Part shown: positions 17,110 to 27,075 of the stretch, one piece after another
Numbering within the stretch: the first letter of the stretch is position 1
How the letters are laid out: every line of letters begins with the position of its first letter
DNA from: a virus
DNA length: 64,000 bases
Virus record (IMG/VR): IMGVR_UViG_3300033149_002604
Location: 1 to 64,000 of that record
Direction: 5' to 3' (one strand)
Made by a program: the position numbers and the translations under genes
The notes under the pieces: generated by a model
The model's database searches: none
Seen by the model: the letters and a program-made list of their open reading frames with translations, nothing else
Told to the model about the DNA's origin: nothing

Positions 17110-17985
17110 ATGGATGAGAATAGATTGAAAGAATTGCATGAAACGTTTTTGTATCCTGTAGTTAGGATCTTTTCAAAGAAGGCAGCAGGATCGGGGACTA
17201 CAATTTATTGCCAAGAAGATCCTAAGAATAAAGATGAATATATTACTTTAGTTCTAACTAACCACCACGTAATAGAAGATCTTATTTCACAGAAGCAGGA
17301 TTGGGATTCACTGTTGAAACGTAAAATAGAGAAGGAATTTATTGAGAAAGCCAAGGTTGAATATTTCAGCTATGTCAGGATGTCTAAAGTAGATAGTTCA
17401 AACAGGTATGATGCTGATGTTATCGCATATGATAAATACCATGATCTGGCAGTATTGCGGATAAACAGCCCACTTAAGCGGGGCTATGTTGCACAGATAA
17501 TTCCTGAAGACGAAATAAAGAATCTTAGACTGTTTATGGAAGTTGTTGCTAGTGGGTGTTCTATGGCACATGAACCTTTTTGTACTTATGGACAGCTTAC
17601 ATTTCTGAATGAGCTTATTGATCAGAAAGAGTATGTGATGTACAATGCAGGTTCCTATTTTGGCTCAAGTGGTGGGGCTCTTTTTCTAAGGGAAACTGGA
17701 TGGCTGATTGGTGTTCCCTCTAGACTAACAGGTATTCAGCTTGGTTTTGGTATTGATATGGTAACCCATATGGGATTTGCAGCACATCCGAAGAGGCTTT
17801 ATGAATTCTTTAGGGAACAGGAGTTGCATTTTATATTTGATCCGGAAGATGACTATTATTCTGCTATGGAAAGAAGGAAAAACAAAGAAAAAGAAAGTCT
17901 GATGGCATTGAAGGCTGAATTTCTAAGACAGGAAACTACAAGGAAGGAAAGTAGAAGTGGTGGATCAATTCTTGATTCTGATTAA
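17110..17985 (+). CDS. Trypsin-like serine protease
   Basis: Catalytic triad motifs VLTNHHV, HDLAVL, GSSGGALF. Confidence 0.8.
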   Translation: MDENRLKELHETFLYPVVRIFSKKAAGSGTTIYCQEDPKNKDEYITLVLTNHHVIEDLISQKQDWDSLLKRKIEKEFIEKAKVEYFSYVRMSKVDSSNRYDADVIAYDKYHDLAVLRINSPLKRGYVAQIIPEDEIKNLRLFMEVVASGCSMAHEPFCTYGQLTFLNELIDQKEYVMYNAGSYFGSSGGALFLRETGWLIGVPSRLTGIQLGFGIDMVTHMGFAAHPKRLYEFFREQELHFIFDPEDDYYSAMERRKNKEKESLMALKAEFLRQETTRKESRSGGSILDSD

Positions 17986-17996
17986 ACGAGGGACTT

Positions 17997-18416
17997 ATGA
18001 GAAAGGTTGAAAAGATACAACTATCTGAAAAATGGGTAGAAGGGCTTAGTTCTCGATTTGCTGAAAGTATATGTGCAAATGCTGGTACTTTTGATGCTGA
18101 TCTGGAAAGTGTACCAGCATTTGTGACTAATATTCCATCAGATGATCCAAGGCATTGTTTCACGTTTACAAGTCTTGGGGTTCTTGCATATTCAGCAGAG
18201 GAATGTGAAAGAAAATTGAAGAGGGGTATATTAAAGTATATTAGAAAGGAATTGGGTGGGTGGGAAAGAAGGAGGAAAAAGAAGGCTGTTATTATTTGGA
18301 GAGCAAAGCCATTTATCGAGGGGTGGTTTGATTTGGAAGAGGGGTGTATGGTGTATAGAGGGTGTACTAGATTAGCAATTCTTCACAAAAATTCTAAAAG
18401 GGTTAGTTACTTTTAA
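17997..18416 (+). CDS. Hypothetical protein
   Basis: RBS GAGGG, operon context. Confidence 0.6.
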   Translation: MRKVEKIQLSEKWVEGLSSRFAESICANAGTFDADLESVPAFVTNIPSDDPRHCFTFTSLGVLAYSAEECERKLKRGILKYIRKELGGWERRRKKKAVIIWRAKPFIEGWFDLEEGCMVYRGCTRLAILHKNSKRVSYF

Positions 18417-18438
18417 ACTGGTTTGGGGTATTCTAATA

Positions 18439-19458
18439 ATGACTAAAATCGTTGTGTTTTCAGATTCCCATTTTAGAAAGACATTACGTGTTGGTGATGA
18501 CAATGTTGATTGGCTTCAGTTTCAACTAGATTGTCTTGACCAAGTATTTGACTACTGTATTGAAAAGGATGTAGATTATATTATCTTTAACGGAGATTTG
18601 TTTGAAGTTAAGTCTGTGGTCGATGTTGTCTTGTTCAATAAAGTGTGGGAAAAGTTCTATAATTTTGAACTGAGAGACAGATTAATATTCAATACTGGAA
18701 ACCACGATATAGCAACTGTTTCTGGTGAGTCTATCTTAAAGCCTTTTGGTTCTTTGGTAACAGTAGTTGAATATGATACATTCTATTCTTTTAGGGTTGA
18801 AGAACAGTGGACAGTTAGAATCGTACCTTTTGGTTCATTTTCTGAAGAACATTCTACTAAGCCAACCAAGCATGGTATTCTTATTCTACACGAAGAAATA
18901 GAAGGGTTGACTTTGGGATGTACCAACTATAAACTTAAAGATGTCATTCCACTTAATGCGTTGAAAAGCTGGGATATTGTTGTTGATGGACATATACATA
19001 AACCACAACGTGTTGAAAATGTTTATGTAGTAGGTTCAATGTTGCAGCAGGATTTTGGGGAAGCTAGGGAAGATAAGTACTTTCTGGTTCTGAATATTAA
19101 CAGAAATGGGTGTGTAGTAGATCCAATTCCGATAAAAGGACCAAAGTTCTACAAACTAAAAGGACTTGATGATCCAGGGATCACTTATATAGATGATGCG
19201 TTACCAAATGAATTTTTCAGGATTGATGTTTCTCCAGAAGAAGTTTCCCATCCTATTTTTGATAAACCAAATGTTTATTTTAATGTTGTAAAGACAGAAA
19301 AAAGAAAAACTAGAATAGAAGAAGAAGATATTTCTGATGAAGAATTGGTAGAATTGTATGTGAAAGAAGTGAAACAAGAGGAAGATGAATATGAGAAGTT
19401 AATAGAGGTCGGGAAAAAAATTATAAGGGATTGGAGGACAGATCATGCCGAAGAGTGA
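18439..19458 (+). CDS. SbcD/Mre11/gp47-like recombination nuclease
   Basis: Metallophosphoesterase motifs SDSH, GDLFE, GNHD, GHIH; next to SbcC-like gene. Confidence 0.85.
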   Translation: MTKIVVFSDSHFRKTLRVGDDNVDWLQFQLDCLDQVFDYCIEKDVDYIIFNGDLFEVKSVVDVVLFNKVWEKFYNFELRDRLIFNTGNHDIATVSGESILKPFGSLVTVVEYDTFYSFRVEEQWTVRIVPFGSFSEEHSTKPTKHGILILHEEIEGLTLGCTNYKLKDVIPLNALKSWDIVVDGHIHKPQRVENVYVVGSMLQQDFGEAREDKYFLVLNINRNGCVVDPIPIKGPKFYKLKGLDDPGITYIDDALPNEFFRIDVSPEEVSHPIFDKPNVYFNVVKTEKRKTRIEEEDISDEELVELYVKEVKQEEDEYEKLIEVGKKIIRDWRTDHAEE

Positions 19459-19699
19459 AAGTGTAACCAGTGTAATTTTTAAGTACCCAGCGGATGAAAA
19501 GATGCAGCTTCCAATGTTGATTCCACCAGTTAGGTTCAATCGTGGGGATATAATTAAGTTTTCTGAATTTGACTTTGGCAAGATGGATTATGAAGAAAAA
19601 GGAAAGTTTAAAGTAGTTGATATTGAACATGAAGTTCGTGGTATTGGGGATCTAGCAGATGTAGATACAATAGTTTATCTTGAAAAGGTGACACATTGA
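19445..19699 (+). CDS. Hypothetical protein
   Basis: RBS GGAGG; overlaps both neighbours. Confidence 0.55.
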   Translation: MPKSESVTSVIFKYPADEKMQLPMLIPPVRFNRGDIIKFSEFDFGKMDYEEKGKFKVVDIEHEVRGIGDLADVDTIVYLEKVTH

Positions 19700-21468
19700 A
19701 TACTGTAAATTATCTGTCGATTAAGAATTTCAGAAGTTGGAAAGAATTAGTGATTGAAAACTTTTCTTCCCAAGGTCTGTGTCTTATAAATGGGGATAAT
19801 GGATCGGGGAAAAGTTCCATTTTGATGGCACTTGAATATCTTTTGACAGATGCTACCAGTAATGGGGTGTCGGCAGACGAATTGGTAAGACGTGGTGAAA
19901 AAGGATTTGAACTTGAATGTTCGGTTACGTTGTCTGATGGAAGGGAAATTGTAATATCTAAAAGCAGGATCAGGGATAAATCTAAGACAACATTAATTGT
20001 TGATGGTGTTGATAGGTCTTTTTCAAATAAGCGGGATACACAGAGGGAAATATTTAATCTATTAGGCATTTCTAGAAAATCTCTCTTGTACTCTTCCATC
20101 TTTACCCAGTTCTCCTCATCTTTCGTGGATGCCCCCGATTCAAGCAGAAAGGAAATACTATATGAATTTCTTGGGTTAGATAGATATGAAGGATATTGTC
20201 AGCTTGCTAAGTTGCTAGCTGAAGAATGTGAAAAGAAAGTTGGGAATTGTTCCGTTGAAATTTCTTATATAAGGGAAGAAATAGATAAGATAAAGGAAGA
20301 AATTGAAGAATATAAGGTAAAGTCTGAAAGGTTTGAAGAAGATAGAGATAGAGAACTTAAGGAATTAAAGAGCAGACTTGCAGGACTTAGCAGAATTGAG
20401 ACAAAGGAATATGATTCCAAGATAGAAGAATTAAGAAAAAAACTTTCAGCATTTAATAAGGATGAAATAGAAGCTAGAATAGACAAGATAGAAGATGAAA
20501 TAAGGATTACTAAGGATAGAATCATAGAAACTAGGTTAAAAAAAGAAGAAGCAGAAAAGAGGTTGAAAAGGGTTAGAAACAATATATGTCCAATCCTGAA
20601 TAGGAAGTGTGAAATATTAGAAGAAGAATGGAAAGATGAAGTGGTAAAAGCTGAAGAGATGGTTTCTAGGTTAGAGAAAGAACTGGTTGGATTAAAAGGA
20701 TATGAAGATAAGTTGACTAAATTATTAGTAAAATTGGAAGCTAAGATTGATGAAGCAGAACAGATAGAAGATGAAATAGAAAGTATAGAAGAAGAAAAGC
20801 GCAGGGTTGAAGTCAAGAATGAAGAAAATGTTAGGTTAGCAAAGATGATAAAGAATTCTATTCGGAAGATTAAAAATTCCTGTAATATTTATGATGAATT
20901 GATTGAAAAGAAAAAGAAGACTGTAAAGAAATTAAAGAAAGATATAGCCGAAAAGAAAAACATCCTTGAAGAACTGCAAGAACAACTTCAATACTACAAT
21001 TTTTGGGTCAAAGGTTTTGGCAAGCAGGGTATTCCAAATTTAGAAATAGAAAGAATCCTTGGACTGATAGAAAGTAGGACGAATGAATATTTATCAAAGA
21101 TGGCTGGTTCAACAAGGGTAAGAATTGAATCCCAAAGTGTTTTGAAAAGTGGTGCAGCAAGGGAAAAGATTAGTTATGACATTATGAATGGTATTAATAG
21201 GGTTCCGGTTAATACATTATCAGGTGGTGAAAAACAACGGGTTAAGGTTGCAGACGTTTTAGCTTTTTCTGACATACTAAGGAAATTTAATTTTTTGATT
21301 CTTGATGAAGTTTTGGATTTATCATTAGATAGCAAAGGGGCTTTAGATGTGTTGCAAGTTTTAAGAAAGAAGGCAGAAGATGTTGGTTCAATATATGTAA
21401 TGTCACACAAAACTGAACTTAAAGGAATGTTTGATAACGTTATAGATGTAGGAACAAGACATGCTTGA
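19696..21468 (+). CDS. SbcC/Rad50/gp46-like ABC ATPase
   Basis: IKNFRS, GDNGSGKSS, long coiled coil with CPILNRKC hook, LSGGEKQR, LILDE, MSH. Confidence 0.9.
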   Translation: MNTVNYLSIKNFRSWKELVIENFSSQGLCLINGDNGSGKSSILMALEYLLTDATSNGVSADELVRRGEKGFELECSVTLSDGREIVISKSRIRDKSKTTLIVDGVDRSFSNKRDTQREIFNLLGISRKSLLYSSIFTQFSSSFVDAPDSSRKEILYEFLGLDRYEGYCQLAKLLAEECEKKVGNCSVEISYIREEIDKIKEEIEEYKVKSERFEEDRDRELKELKSRLAGLSRIETKEYDSKIEELRKKLSAFNKDEIEARIDKIEDEIRITKDRIIETRLKKEEAEKRLKRVRNNICPILNRKCEILEEEWKDEVVKAEEMVSRLEKELVGLKGYEDKLTKLLVKLEAKIDEAEQIEDEIESIEEEKRRVEVKNEENVRLAKMIKNSIRKIKNSCNIYDELIEKKKKTVKKLKKDIAEKKNILEELQEQLQYYNFWVKGFGKQGIPNLEIERILGLIESRTNEYLSKMAGSTRVRIESQSVLKSGAAREKISYDIMNGINRVPVNTLSGGEKQRVKVADVLAFSDILRKFNFLILDEVLDLSLDSKGALDVLQVLRKKAEDVGSIYVMSHKTELKGMFDNVIDVGTRHA

Positions 21469-22459
21469 TTTATCTAGATATATTAAAATAGAAGAAGATT
21501 CCATAGTAGTCCTGATGAAATTTGGTTCACTTTTGTATGGAACCACAACTGAAAATTCAGATTTAGATTATAAAGGTGTTTTTATTCCAACTGAAAGGGA
21601 CGTTCTTCTAGGAAAAATTCCAAAATCTATTTCATATTCATCAAAGAAAGGAAATCTTACAAAAAATACCAAGGATGACATAGACATTGAAATATATTCA
21701 CTTCACTACTTTCTGAAATTAGCAATAGAAGGACAGACAGTAGCAATAGATATGATTCATGCATCAGAAGATTTTTTGGAAATATCATCTGATATTTGGA
21801 CTGATTTAGTTAATAACAGAAAACGATTTTATACAAAGAACTTAAAAGCATTTATTGGGTATGCAAGACGGCAGGCTGCAAAATATGGAATAAAAGGGAG
21901 CAGATTGAATGCAGCCAAGATAATGATTGAATTTCTGGCAGGTTATGAAGATAGTACCAGACTGTCAGAAATATGGAATAGTATCCCTTTTGGGGAACAT
22001 ATTTATATCATACCATCTGCTCCCAACAATATTCGACAACTTCAGGTGTGTGGAAAAAAGTTTCAAGAAACTTGCACGGTGAAATATGTGAAAGATATTA
22101 TTGAAAGATTTTACAAAGAATATGGAAAGCGTGCACAGATGGCAGCAAATAATGAAGGAGTGGACTGGAAATCGGTAAGTCACGCATTACGGGCAGCTTT
22201 TCAGATAAGGGAATTACTTCTTAGTAACAATATAACGTTTCCTTTAAAGCAAGCAGATTATTTAGTTGAAGTTAAGCTGGGACATAAAGATTTTTGTACA
22301 GAAGTTTCCCCGCTTCTTGACACACTGATGGATGAAATCGAAGACCTTGCAGCACAAAGCAATCTTCCGCTTCATGTGGACAAGAAGTTTTGGGAAGATT
22401 GGTTGGTAGAAACTTTGAAAAGATACTGGAAAACGAAAGAAGGGAATCAGAATGGTTGA
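21461..22459 (+). CDS. Pol-beta superfamily nucleotidyltransferase
   Basis: FGSLLYGTTTENSDLDYKGVF (GS...DxD motif); VDWKSVSHALR. Confidence 0.8.
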   Translation: MLDLSRYIKIEEDSIVVLMKFGSLLYGTTTENSDLDYKGVFIPTERDVLLGKIPKSISYSSKKGNLTKNTKDDIDIEIYSLHYFLKLAIEGQTVAIDMIHASEDFLEISSDIWTDLVNNRKRFYTKNLKAFIGYARRQAAKYGIKGSRLNAAKIMIEFLAGYEDSTRLSEIWNSIPFGEHIYIIPSAPNNIRQLQVCGKKFQETCTVKYVKDIIERFYKEYGKRAQMAANNEGVDWKSVSHALRAAFQIRELLLSNNITFPLKQADYLVEVKLGHKDFCTEVSPLLDTLMDEIEDLAAQSNLPLHVDKKFWEDWLVETLKRYWKTKEGNQNG

Positions 22460-22952
22460 AATCAGCGAACAGAGTAGAGAGGATATAGAAAAGAAATCGA
22501 GGCTTATTGGTATAATTTCAGTTGGTGTGACTTGGATAGATGGTAGGGTTATTTTCAAACCAACTGTGAAATGGTCACAGGTTTACTATGGTGTGTGTCA
22601 TTTTTCAAGACGGGTTGCATTTCTTACACCACTTGATTGGCGAAGGGCTACGGCAATTTCAACCATAATGGTATCAATTGATTCTAACTATTGTGAAAAA
22701 TCCCTAGTTTGCCTGAACTTTCAGTGTCCTCTAAACAGGTTTGATAAGAAATTTTTTGCTAAGGAATTTGATTGTGGTACGTTTTCCCTAGGATTACCAC
22801 AAAACATTGGAACAAAACCTTTGTGGTTCACACAGGGGAAGTATGTAGAAATATTTAGCAAACTGATACTCGCACCAAACGGTGGTGTACTTCAGTATAG
22901 TGAAGAAAAATACAAAGAATATCTGAAGAATAAGAATTTGGAAGAGGTGTAG
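22452..22952 (+). CDS. Hypothetical protein
   Basis: Operon context. Confidence 0.6.
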   Translation: MVEISEQSREDIEKKSRLIGIISVGVTWIDGRVIFKPTVKWSQVYYGVCHFSRRVAFLTPLDWRRATAISTIMVSIDSNYCEKSLVCLNFQCPLNRFDKKFFAKEFDCGTFSLGLPQNIGTKPLWFTQGKYVEIFSKLILAPNGGVLQYSEEKYKEYLKNKNLEEV

Positions 22953-22956
22953 TGAT

Positions 22957-23244
22957 GTGGGAGTGGAAAACAGGGAACGACTTATACTGGATAACATTGA
23001 GTTAGTGAAAAAGTTGGTTAATTCAGCACTGAATAGGTTTGATATTCCTGAAGGATTAGAAAAAGAAGATTTGATGTCAATTGGAATCATAGCAATGATT
23101 CAAGCTGTTGATAAATATGATCCATCTAAAGGAACGTTAGACAAGTGGATTAGTCGTTGTGTTTATTCGTCTATTATAGATGAGATTAAAAAGGAAAGAA
23201 ACAGGTCTAATATGCTTCTTTATATGGATACGGCTAAGTTGTAG
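22957..23244 (+). CDS. Stand-alone sigma70 region-2 domain protein
   Basis: RERLILDNIELVKKLV...EDLMSIGIIAMIQAVDKYDPSKG; ends after region 2. Confidence 0.7.
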   Translation: MGVENRERLILDNIELVKKLVNSALNRFDIPEGLEKEDLMSIGIIAMIQAVDKYDPSKGTLDKWISRCVYSSIIDEIKKERNRSNMLLYMDTAKL

Positions 23245-23253
23245 GAGATATTA

Positions 23254-23622
23254 ATGGTAGCAAAAACCCCAAAGACCAGAAAGGCAAAAGGTAGGAAGTT
23301 TCAGCAGGAAATAGCTAAACGGATTTCTGAAGTGCTTGATATACCAGTTGAAAAAGATGGAGATATAGAATCACGTCCTATGGGGCAGTCAGGCCCAGAT
23401 GTTATTCTTAGAGGGATGGCTAAAGAGTTGTTTCCTTTTGTAGTTGAAACAAAATTTTGTGAGAAGTGGGATATACATAAATGGATTAAGCAGGCTAGAC
23501 ATTACGGTGATAATTGGTTGTTGTTTTGTAAAAAAGCTAGAAATAAGCCAGTGGTGGTGATGGACTGCGACATGTTTTTTGCAATCTATGAACTTCTGTT
23601 TGGGGAAAATGATGGAGAATAA
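23254..23622 (+). CDS. Holliday junction resolvase, PD-(D/E)XK family
   Basis: KAKGRKFQQEIA, GPDV, VETK. Confidence 0.8.
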   Translation: MVAKTPKTRKAKGRKFQQEIAKRISEVLDIPVEKDGDIESRPMGQSGPDVILRGMAKELFPFVVETKFCEKWDIHKWIKQARHYGDNWLLFCKKARNKPVVVMDCDMFFAIYELLFGENDGE

Positions 23623-23660
23623 GAATCCATTTGATAGAATGTTATGGGGGATTGTTAGGA

Positions 23661-26501
23661 ATGAACAATATACTAGAAACGATAGATCCGATAATAGGAA
23701 AACCATATAAAGACATTACAACTGAAGAATGGTTCAATCATAACGTGTTTGCGATTGATGTGTTTAATAGGAAGTATAGAATCAATGAAGATGAAACACC
23801 ACCCAAAGCAATTTGGCGTGTGTGTAAGTATATAGCAGAAGCAGAAGGAACGAAAAAACAAGCAGAATATTGGGCTTCCCGATGGTTCAATGAAATAGTT
23901 AATGATTGGTGGTATCCGGCTGGAAGTATTATACAGGGGGCGGGAAATGAAGAATATAAGATGTCCTTTATGAACTGTGCTGGAATTGAAATTGAAGAAG
24001 ATTCACTGGAATCTATTGCAGAGGCTAGATATATTGTTTCTAAGATGGCAGCATATAGACAAGGTGTGGGGATTAACTTCTCGAAGCTTCGGCCACGAGG
24101 TTTTAAGATTGCCAACTCATCCAAGGAATCTTTAGGTGTAACCCACTGGATGCGATCATTTGACAGGATTGGACAGGAAGTGGGACAAGCAGGAAGAATT
24201 CCTGCTCTACTAATCTCTCTTTCCTCCGACCATATGGATATTGAAGAATTTATTGACCTGAAAACTACTTCACTAGATATGATAAGAAATGCCAATATTT
24301 CTGTTCAGATAACAGATGGGTTTATGCGAGCTGCGGTAAAAAAAGAACCACACCAAATTAGTTTTACTACACATCACGAAACTAGAACACTAACAATTTA
24401 CCCACACAAACTGATTCGTAAAATTGCTGAAAGTATGTGTAAAATGGGGGAACCTGGAATTCAGTTTATAGATTTGGCTAGAAAGTACAGCAATACTGAT
24501 CCCTTGGGGTTTCCTATTGTTACAAGTAATGCCTGCCAGCCTAGATATGCACCAGTTTGTAAGAAAGATGGAATCTGTGAACTAGGTGATGTGTTTATTG
24601 GTGATGAAATTTGGAGTGAAGACGGATGGGTTAAGGTTGTTGCAAGACAGATGACAGGATTTAAGCCAGTCTATAAAGTAATAACAGAAAATTCTGTATT
24701 TATAGGGACACTGGATCATAATGTACTGTGTTTTGGTAATAAAATAGATGTGGGATTGGCTTCACATATTGATTATCTTAATCTCCCACCAGAACATAAT
24801 AGATACAGCAAACTACGAGATCATTCCTCATTGAAGATAATTGCTAAATATCCAATTGGTGTAGAAAAAGTTTATAGGATTCAAGTAGATGGTCCACACC
24901 ATACTTATTGGTCTGGTGGATGTAATGTATGTAATTGTTCGGAGTTGTTATTAGACAATCATAATGTCTGTTTATTATCTTCTATAAATGCGGGTAAATT
25001 TGCAGGAAATTTGGACATGTTGGACACAATATCCGAATCTTTGACCAGGTTTTTGGATGATGTCATAACAATGGAAATTCAAGACAATCGGTCGGTGACA
25101 AAGAAACAGCGAGAAAAGGTTATTCAATTGAGAAGAATAGGGTGTGGTGTTACCAACTTAGCAGAATATCTGTTTAATTTGGGGTATACATACAATTCTA
25201 AAGAAGGAATTAAGGCTGTAGAAAAACTGTTTAGGGAATATACAAAGAATGTATATAAATGGGCCCAAGAATTGGGGAAAACCCGTGGAAGGTTTCCTGC
25301 TTTTCGTGATGATTTATTTTCGGAATCTAAATTTATCCAGAATATGAAGAAGATGTTTGGATTTGAATTCAAGACAATGCGATTCGCAACTTGTATAGCA
25401 ATTGCACCGACAGGAAGCATCACTACACAATTCAGGAATTGTGCAATGAGTTATGGGATTGAACCACCTTTTGGATTATACTACTGGAAGCGGACAAGGA
25501 CACGGGATAGGTGGGATTATTATTTTGTAGTTCCACAAGCAGTAAAAGATCACATGGAATCTATTGGACATCCCTTGGACATGGAATCAACAACGATCCG
25601 TGATGACTTTGAAGGGACAAAAGGAAAACCGATAAAAGACTTGATTGATAAATATTGCAAGATTGATATTGCAACCATGTATGATGTTAGTATTGAAGAG
25701 AAGATGGAATTACTATCTAAGGTTTACAAATATGTAGATTCTTCTATTGCAGTCACAAACAACATGCGGGAAGTTTCACCAGACAGGGTTGAAAAGTTAA
25801 TTTATGATGCTTACAACAAAGGTATAAAAAGTTTTACTTGTTATCCAGAAGGATCAAGACTTGGCATAGTTGAGCTGATTCCTTTTAAGGAAAGGGCCAT
25901 AGAACTAGCAAAATCTGGAATCAGATTATCCAGATTGGATATGAATCCAGAAGAACTAGAAGAATTAGGGATATATGAACAGGTAGAGAAACCTGTTGTG
26001 CAAGTTATAAAGCGACCAAAGGAACTGAATGCACGGGTACACAAGACAACGGTAAAAGGGGAACCATATTATATATTCATCGGATTTTATGAAAAAAGTC
26101 CATATGAAGTATTTTTATTCAAAGGAAACCAAGTTGATATTCCAACCAAGAATGAGTTTGGTAAAGTGATTAAAATAGCAAAAGGAAGGTATAAATATGT
26201 ATCTGAAGATTTTGAAATTGCCAATATAACCGATTTCCAGACTGGACTAGAGGTGTTGACTACTAGATTGGTATCTATGGCCTTACGTCACAGGGTTCCT
26301 ATAAAATACATCATTGAACAGCTTAGTAAAAGCAGGGAATCTATTGTTGATTTCTGTAGTGGGTTGCTGAGGATACTAAGGAAATATGAATCCAAAGATG
26401 GAACTACCAAACGTTGTCCAGTTTGTGGAAAGGAATCATTTATAAGACAGGAAGGGTGTATGGTATGTCTAAATTGTGGGCATGGGGGGATATGTGAATA
26501 G
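23661..26501 (+). CDS. nrdJ: Class II (AdoCbl-dependent) ribonucleotide reductase containing a mini-intein
   Basis: PAGSI, FMNC, GVGINFSKLRP, NANISV, GEPGI, SNA/CSE, RRIGCGV, IAPTGS, YGIEP; C-terminal Zn ribbon; no beta-subunit gene nearby. Confidence 0.88.
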   Translation: MNNILETIDPIIGKPYKDITTEEWFNHNVFAIDVFNRKYRINEDETPPKAIWRVCKYIAEAEGTKKQAEYWASRWFNEIVNDWWYPAGSIIQGAGNEEYKMSFMNCAGIEIEEDSLESIAEARYIVSKMAAYRQGVGINFSKLRPRGFKIANSSKESLGVTHWMRSFDRIGQEVGQAGRIPALLISLSSDHMDIEEFIDLKTTSLDMIRNANISVQITDGFMRAAVKKEPHQISFTTHHETRTLTIYPHKLIRKIAESMCKMGEPGIQFIDLARKYSNTDPLGFPIVTSNACQPRYAPVCKKDGICELGDVFIGDEIWSEDGWVKVVARQMTGFKPVYKVITENSVFIGTLDHNVLCFGNKIDVGLASHIDYLNLPPEHNRYSKLRDHSSLKIIAKYPIGVEKVYRIQVDGPHHTYWSGGCNVCNCSELLLDNHNVCLLSSINAGKFAGNLDMLDTISESLTRFLDDVITMEIQDNRSVTKKQREKVIQLRRIGCGVTNLAEYLFNLGYTYNSKEGIKAVEKLFREYTKNVYKWAQELGKTRGRFPAFRDDLFSESKFIQNMKKMFGFEFKTMRFATCIAIAPTGSITTQFRNCAMSYGIEPPFGLYYWKRTRTRDRWDYYFVVPQAVKDHMESIGHPLDMESTTIRDDFEGTKGKPIKDLIDKYCKIDIATMYDVSIEEKMELLSKVYKYVDSSIAVTNNMREVSPDRVEKLIYDAYNKGIKSFTCYPEGSRLGIVELIPFKERAIELAKSGIRLSRLDMNPEELEELGIYEQVEKPVVQVIKRPKELNARVHKTTVKGEPYYIFIGFYEKSPYEVFLFKGNQVDIPTKNEFGKVIKIAKGRYKYVSEDFEIANITDFQTGLEVLTTRLVSMALRHRVPIKYIIEQLSKSRESIVDFCSGLLRILRKYESKDGTTKRCPVCGKESFIRQEGCMVCLNCGHGGICE
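24534..24935 (+). mobile_element. 134-aa mini-intein (no endonuclease) at the RNR catalytic cysteine
   Basis: Starts C1 (CQPRYAPV), block B GTLDH, block F VYRIQVDGPHHTY, ends VCN followed by C+1; splicing restores TSNA-CSE. Confidence 0.88.
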
Positions 26502-27075
26502 GATAATATTTGGAACAGATTTAGATGATTGTATAGTGGAAACAGCTTCTGAAATTATCAAGGAATTAGGATATGGAAGCAAAGAAATTCTATCACGAAT
26601 AGGAAGCTTTTCTATATCAGAAAGTCTTAATATTCCAAGGGAACTGGTAAATCATGCTATTGATAAGACTTTAGAAAGAACAGATCTAAAGTTCAACAAT
26701 TCTTTCTACTTAATATATCCAGTTCTTATGAAATTGATAGGACACTTGTATGTTATAACATCAAGAAGATCACATCTTGAAAGTGGAAGAACTATTCTGA
26801 AAAAGCTTTTTCAAGAAGATGAATTTACTTTGATTGGTAGTGATAGATATGACAATGGAATTCCACGTAAAGCAGAAGTTATACGTCAATATGGGATAAA
26901 TTTTTTCGTTGAAGATAGATTTGCAACTGCTGTTGACATAATTGAAAAGACAAACTGTTTTGTGATATTGTTAGCTAAACCTTGGAATAGGCGATTAACT
27001 CAGCCAGATAGATTGATAAGGGTAAGTAATTGGTATGAAATTTTGGACTTTTTAAGAAAGGTGGCAAAATTATGA
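26476..27075 (+). CDS. HAD-family 5'(3')-deoxyribonucleotidase-like protein
   Basis: GTDLDDCIVET, YVITSR, K...FFVEDR, KPWN. Confidence 0.75.
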   Translation: MGMGGYVNRIIFGTDLDDCIVETASEIIKELGYGSKEILSRIGSFSISESLNIPRELVNHAIDKTLERTDLKFNNSFYLIYPVLMKLIGHLYVITSRRSHLESGRTILKKLFQEDEFTLIGSDRYDNGIPRKAEVIRQYGINFFVEDRFATAVDIIEKTNCFVILLAKPWNRRLTQPDRLIRVSNWYEILDFLRKVAKL

